From: Camelus ferus
Lineage: Eukaryota
Reading direction: 5' to 3'
Assembly (NCBI RefSeq): GCF_009834535.1
Contig: NC_045696.1
Location: forward strand, 108,130,001 to 108,194,000
DNA: 64,000 bases
How positions within the stretch are numbered: position 1 is the first letter of the stretch; each line of letters starts with the position of its first letter. Below the pieces are notes generated by a model. It worked only from the letters and a program-made list of their open reading frames with translations, was not told the origin of the DNA and searched no databases. Positions 60,890 to 64,000 of the stretch are shown in pieces. Made by a program: the position numbers and the translations under genes.

Positions 60890-62579
60890 TTTGGCAACCT
60901 CACTGAGTCTGGTGTGGGCGTGGAGAGCTCTAAGCAGTCCAGGTTGGGTGCCAGTCACGTGAGGGTCATTCAGATAGAGCAGTGACGACCTGCTGGCACT
61001 GGAAGGCTTAGAGCAAAGGGGATCCAGTGGCAAGTGGAGAGCGGCCTCCAGGAGGGACTGTGAAAGAAGAGATGGCCCAGGGGTTTTACTGGTCAAGTGG
61101 GCCATTGGTGGTGCAATGGGCAAACAGACAGGATCAAAGCAAAGAGGAGAGTGACCCCAACAATGGCCAAGAAGGAGGGTTGGAGCAGCAGCTGGAGCGG
61201 AGGGGAGGGAGAGGCACAGACAGCGCATAAATTAGATGTGAGAACCCCCCTCCCCTCGCCGAGGTCACCCGTGAGACACAAGGATGAGCACTGAGTTTCT
61301 GTCACTTGAAAAGGGGTCCAATAAGCAAGTGGACTAGGGACCAGTGGCTGCCATGCAGCGGGGCTCAGGACCAAAGTGAAGCGCCTGGCAGAGGGGCTGC
61401 TCAGTAAGACTGAATTTGCTTTCTTCTCCATCTTGTCCTGCCCAATATGCTGTCTTTTACATTTTCCTTTGCAGAGATGCTGTTTTTCCCCAAAGAACAT
61501 ATTTAGAGGTGCGATGAAGAAGGAAAGAATGCAAGCATCAAAGCAGCAGCAGCACCACCAGAACCCATGCTGGTGCCGGATGGGTGAAGCCAGGAAAAAC
61601 ACACTTACTTCTTCGTTTCTCTCTCGCGTGTATCTGGCTGGCTATCTATCTGTCTATCCATCCAACCATCTTCTCTTGTGTCACTGTATTGCCTAGGGCA
61701 AGTAACCTTGCCTCTCTGAGAATCTATAAAATGTGAGGGTTCATCTAGTTAATTTCTGATATTCCATTTGACTCAGAATTTCTGATTCCCAAATTGCATG
61801 CTTTCTGAAGGAATTCTCTTTGTATCTTCCCTGTGAATTTCAGAAGCGTCCTCAATGGGACATGAATTAAGGGTGAAGGTAAAACTCTGGCCCAGGGGGG
61901 CATCGGCGGGACGGCTCCATCCTCATGGGGGGGGTACACCCCCTAAACTGGTCTTGCTCAGGGAACATCAGCAGGAGGCTGCCTTCTGCAGGAGCACCCC
62001 CGGGACTGCTGCATCCTAGAAAGCCCCAGCCAGCCCAGGTGGGCATCGGTGGAGCTGGCCAGGCCCACAGGAGCAGCGGCAAGACTGCTGCCGTCCAGGG
62101 GAGTGCGCTCAGGGCTGCTCTGCCTCTAAGCCCACTGAAGCCAGACCAGACACACTGGGTGTGGGGAATTTGGTGTCCTGGCTTTGTTCTCCTTTGAGGC
62201 AGGAGAGTCCTCTCCTCTCCTTTTTGATCATTCCAGGGCTGACTTCCCAAGGGCAGTGTTATTTATAGTGAGGACAAGGTAAGCTGGCCACTTGGGCCTG
62301 ATGGACAAGGGGCTCCCCGGACCAAAGGCCTTTCTATGGGTCGAGAGAGCACGTTTCAGGGTTCAGGAGCTTCCTGGTGGAAAGGGACAACTTCTTCCCA
62401 GACCCTGACTCAGTTATGGCCTCTTGTTGCATCCCTTTTTGACATCAAAGGTGAGAATAAAAAAGAAGAGGAAAGAGAGCTACAGGATTACAGACAAAGA
62501 AGAGATTTGGTGAATCACACGTCATGGAAACTCTGGGTCTTAGTTTTTGCACCTGCAAAATGAGGAGGCTCCAATACAT

Positions 62580-62790
62580 CACTCGTTCTCAACACTTTTA
62601 TTTTCTTTTTTGTTAGAAACTCCTCTGAAAAGTCATTGAAAACTGGGGACACTCACCCCAGAGTGGTACATACCTGTGTGTGTGTGTGTGTTTGCGCGCA
62701 CGCGCATATGGGGATAGCTTTTTTCATATGATTTTGAGAAATTCATGAACGCTTGGAATCTGTCCATGGATCTTATGTTTAAAACCCCAA
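62580..62790. mobile_element. MER103-like hAT-Charlie remnant containing a (GT)n/(GC)n tract at 62675-62706
   Basis: ttctcaacac...cctctgaaaagtcattgaaaactggggacactc...gtccatggatcttatgtttaaaaccc. Confidence 0.5.
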
Positions 62791-63605
62791 CATTAGGTGA
62801 TGTATCCCTCCCTTCCAAAGTTCAGCTTCTCTGATTCTCCTATAGGGAAAGGGTGGGAGGCATGGTGGAAAGGAGGGCTGGTGGTTGGTGGGGTGACATG
62901 ACCCACATCACGATGGAAACCGGTCTCAGTGGCCAGAACCCCAAGTGCTTGGCCCTGGCAGTCACGCCACCTCCAAATGAGTTACTGGAATGTAAGAATG
63001 TAGATTGATGAGAGCAATAAACCATTTTCAGATTCTCTGGGCAGGGGGACGGCAGGTGTGCAGAGCAGGCAGCCTTCTCTGCCAGTTTTGGAGGAAGAAC
63101 GCCCCAGAGACCGGGCATGAACCAGTGTTGGTGCAGCTGAACCAGTGGGGGGGAGACTGCCTGCCTCTCATCAAAACTATCTACTGCCTGCATCTGGGGC
63201 CCTCAAGGTTCCTGCATGGTGCGCACCTAGCAGCTGACACTTTGGGGCTCCAAGGGACCTTGCATGGGCAAAGCTATGGGGACGGGAGTAGGAGGACACC
63301 TAGGACACCCACAGGGCTGTCATCGTCAGGGTCGTGGTCATTTAGGGCATGGAGGGCTTGGCGGCTGAGATGAGTGGTAGCAGTGAGGTGGACCCCTGGG
63401 AAGCAGAAAGTTTCCCAGAGGCACATCCTCAGGGGTGTAGCATGTCATACCCCTGGGATGTCCATCTTGCCCCAAAGGTCAGAGAAGGATGGATCAGGTT
63501 AGAATGCAGCCTCTGCTTCCCAACCTCCCAGATTGTTGTCAGCCAGGCTGGGAAAACCTCACAAGGCTGTACCCCTAGATGGGTTTCCTCAGGTGAGACT
63601 CTGGC

Positions 63606-63771
63606 CTCCTTCCTTCCTTCCCTTCTTTCTTTCTCTTTTCTTCTTTTCTTTCTCTTTTCTTCCTTCCTTCCTTCCTTCCTTCCTTCCTTCCTTCCTTCCT
63701 TCCTTCCTTCCTTCCTTCCTTCCTTCCTTCCTTTTTCTTTCTTCCTTCCTTCCTTCCTTCTCCTTCTTTCT

Positions 63772-63854
<83 letters not shown>

Positions 63855-63948
63855 CTCTTTCTTTCTCTCTTTCTTTCTCTCTTTCTTGCTTTCTTGATTT
63901 CTTGCTTTCTTTCTCGCTTTCTCTCTTTCTCTCTTCCTGCCTTCCTTC
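63606..63948. repeat. Compound (TTCC)n/(TTTC)n polypyrimidine microsatellite
   Basis: Seen directly; source of the SFLP/KERK pseudo-ORFs. Confidence 0.95.
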
Positions 63949-64000
63949 GTCCAGAAATGGAGAGAAAGGGTGTGTTCCACCGCCTTTCCAGGCACTGACT

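Noticed and set aside
61093..61696. 169-aa and 106-aa ORFs with a short QQQHHQ run
   Set aside because: Partly overlap a degenerate L2-like region; no homology recognised; the CAG run is only about four units.
63349..63995. Longest ORFs (182 aa on +, 188 aa on -)
   Set aside because: They are open only because they cross the stop-free (TTCC)n/(TTTC)n microsatellite; the products are low-complexity SFLP/KERK repeats.

Overview
Non-coding mammalian genomic DNA, very likely camelid (alpaca/vicuna/camel). Two tRNA-derived Vic-1-type SINEs (10057-10183, 18722-18899) and several young L1 3' ends of matching style support this; no Alu, B1/B2 or Bov-A/Bov-tA elements were seen. I find no credible protein-coding exon, rRNA, functional tRNA or CRISPR array. 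Nearly all ORFs in the track are short chance ORFs, repeat-derived frames or microsatellite translations; the only recognisable peptides are broken L1 ORF2 and ERVL integrase/dUTPase remnants. Much of the window is interspersed repeat: L1 (old L1M and young), L2, CR1/L3, MIR, MaLR/ERVL/ERV1 LTRs and hAT MITEs, many with readable target-site duplications (TSDs). Between the repeats are several repeat-free, motif-dense islands that look like enhancers, as in a gene desert or large intron of a developmental locus. The strongest is a cluster of 8 WGATAR sites at 24865-25315, the first five spaced about 40 bp apart. Other notable items are an ancient L1 fragment that is anomalously CpG-rich, a twin-primed 5'-inverted L1, a 3'-truncated L1 still flanked by a TSD, and a possible poly(A)-only insertion. 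I do not see a demonstrably new biological system. Family names come from my recall of consensus sequences, not a database search, and boundaries without a stated TSD are approximate.
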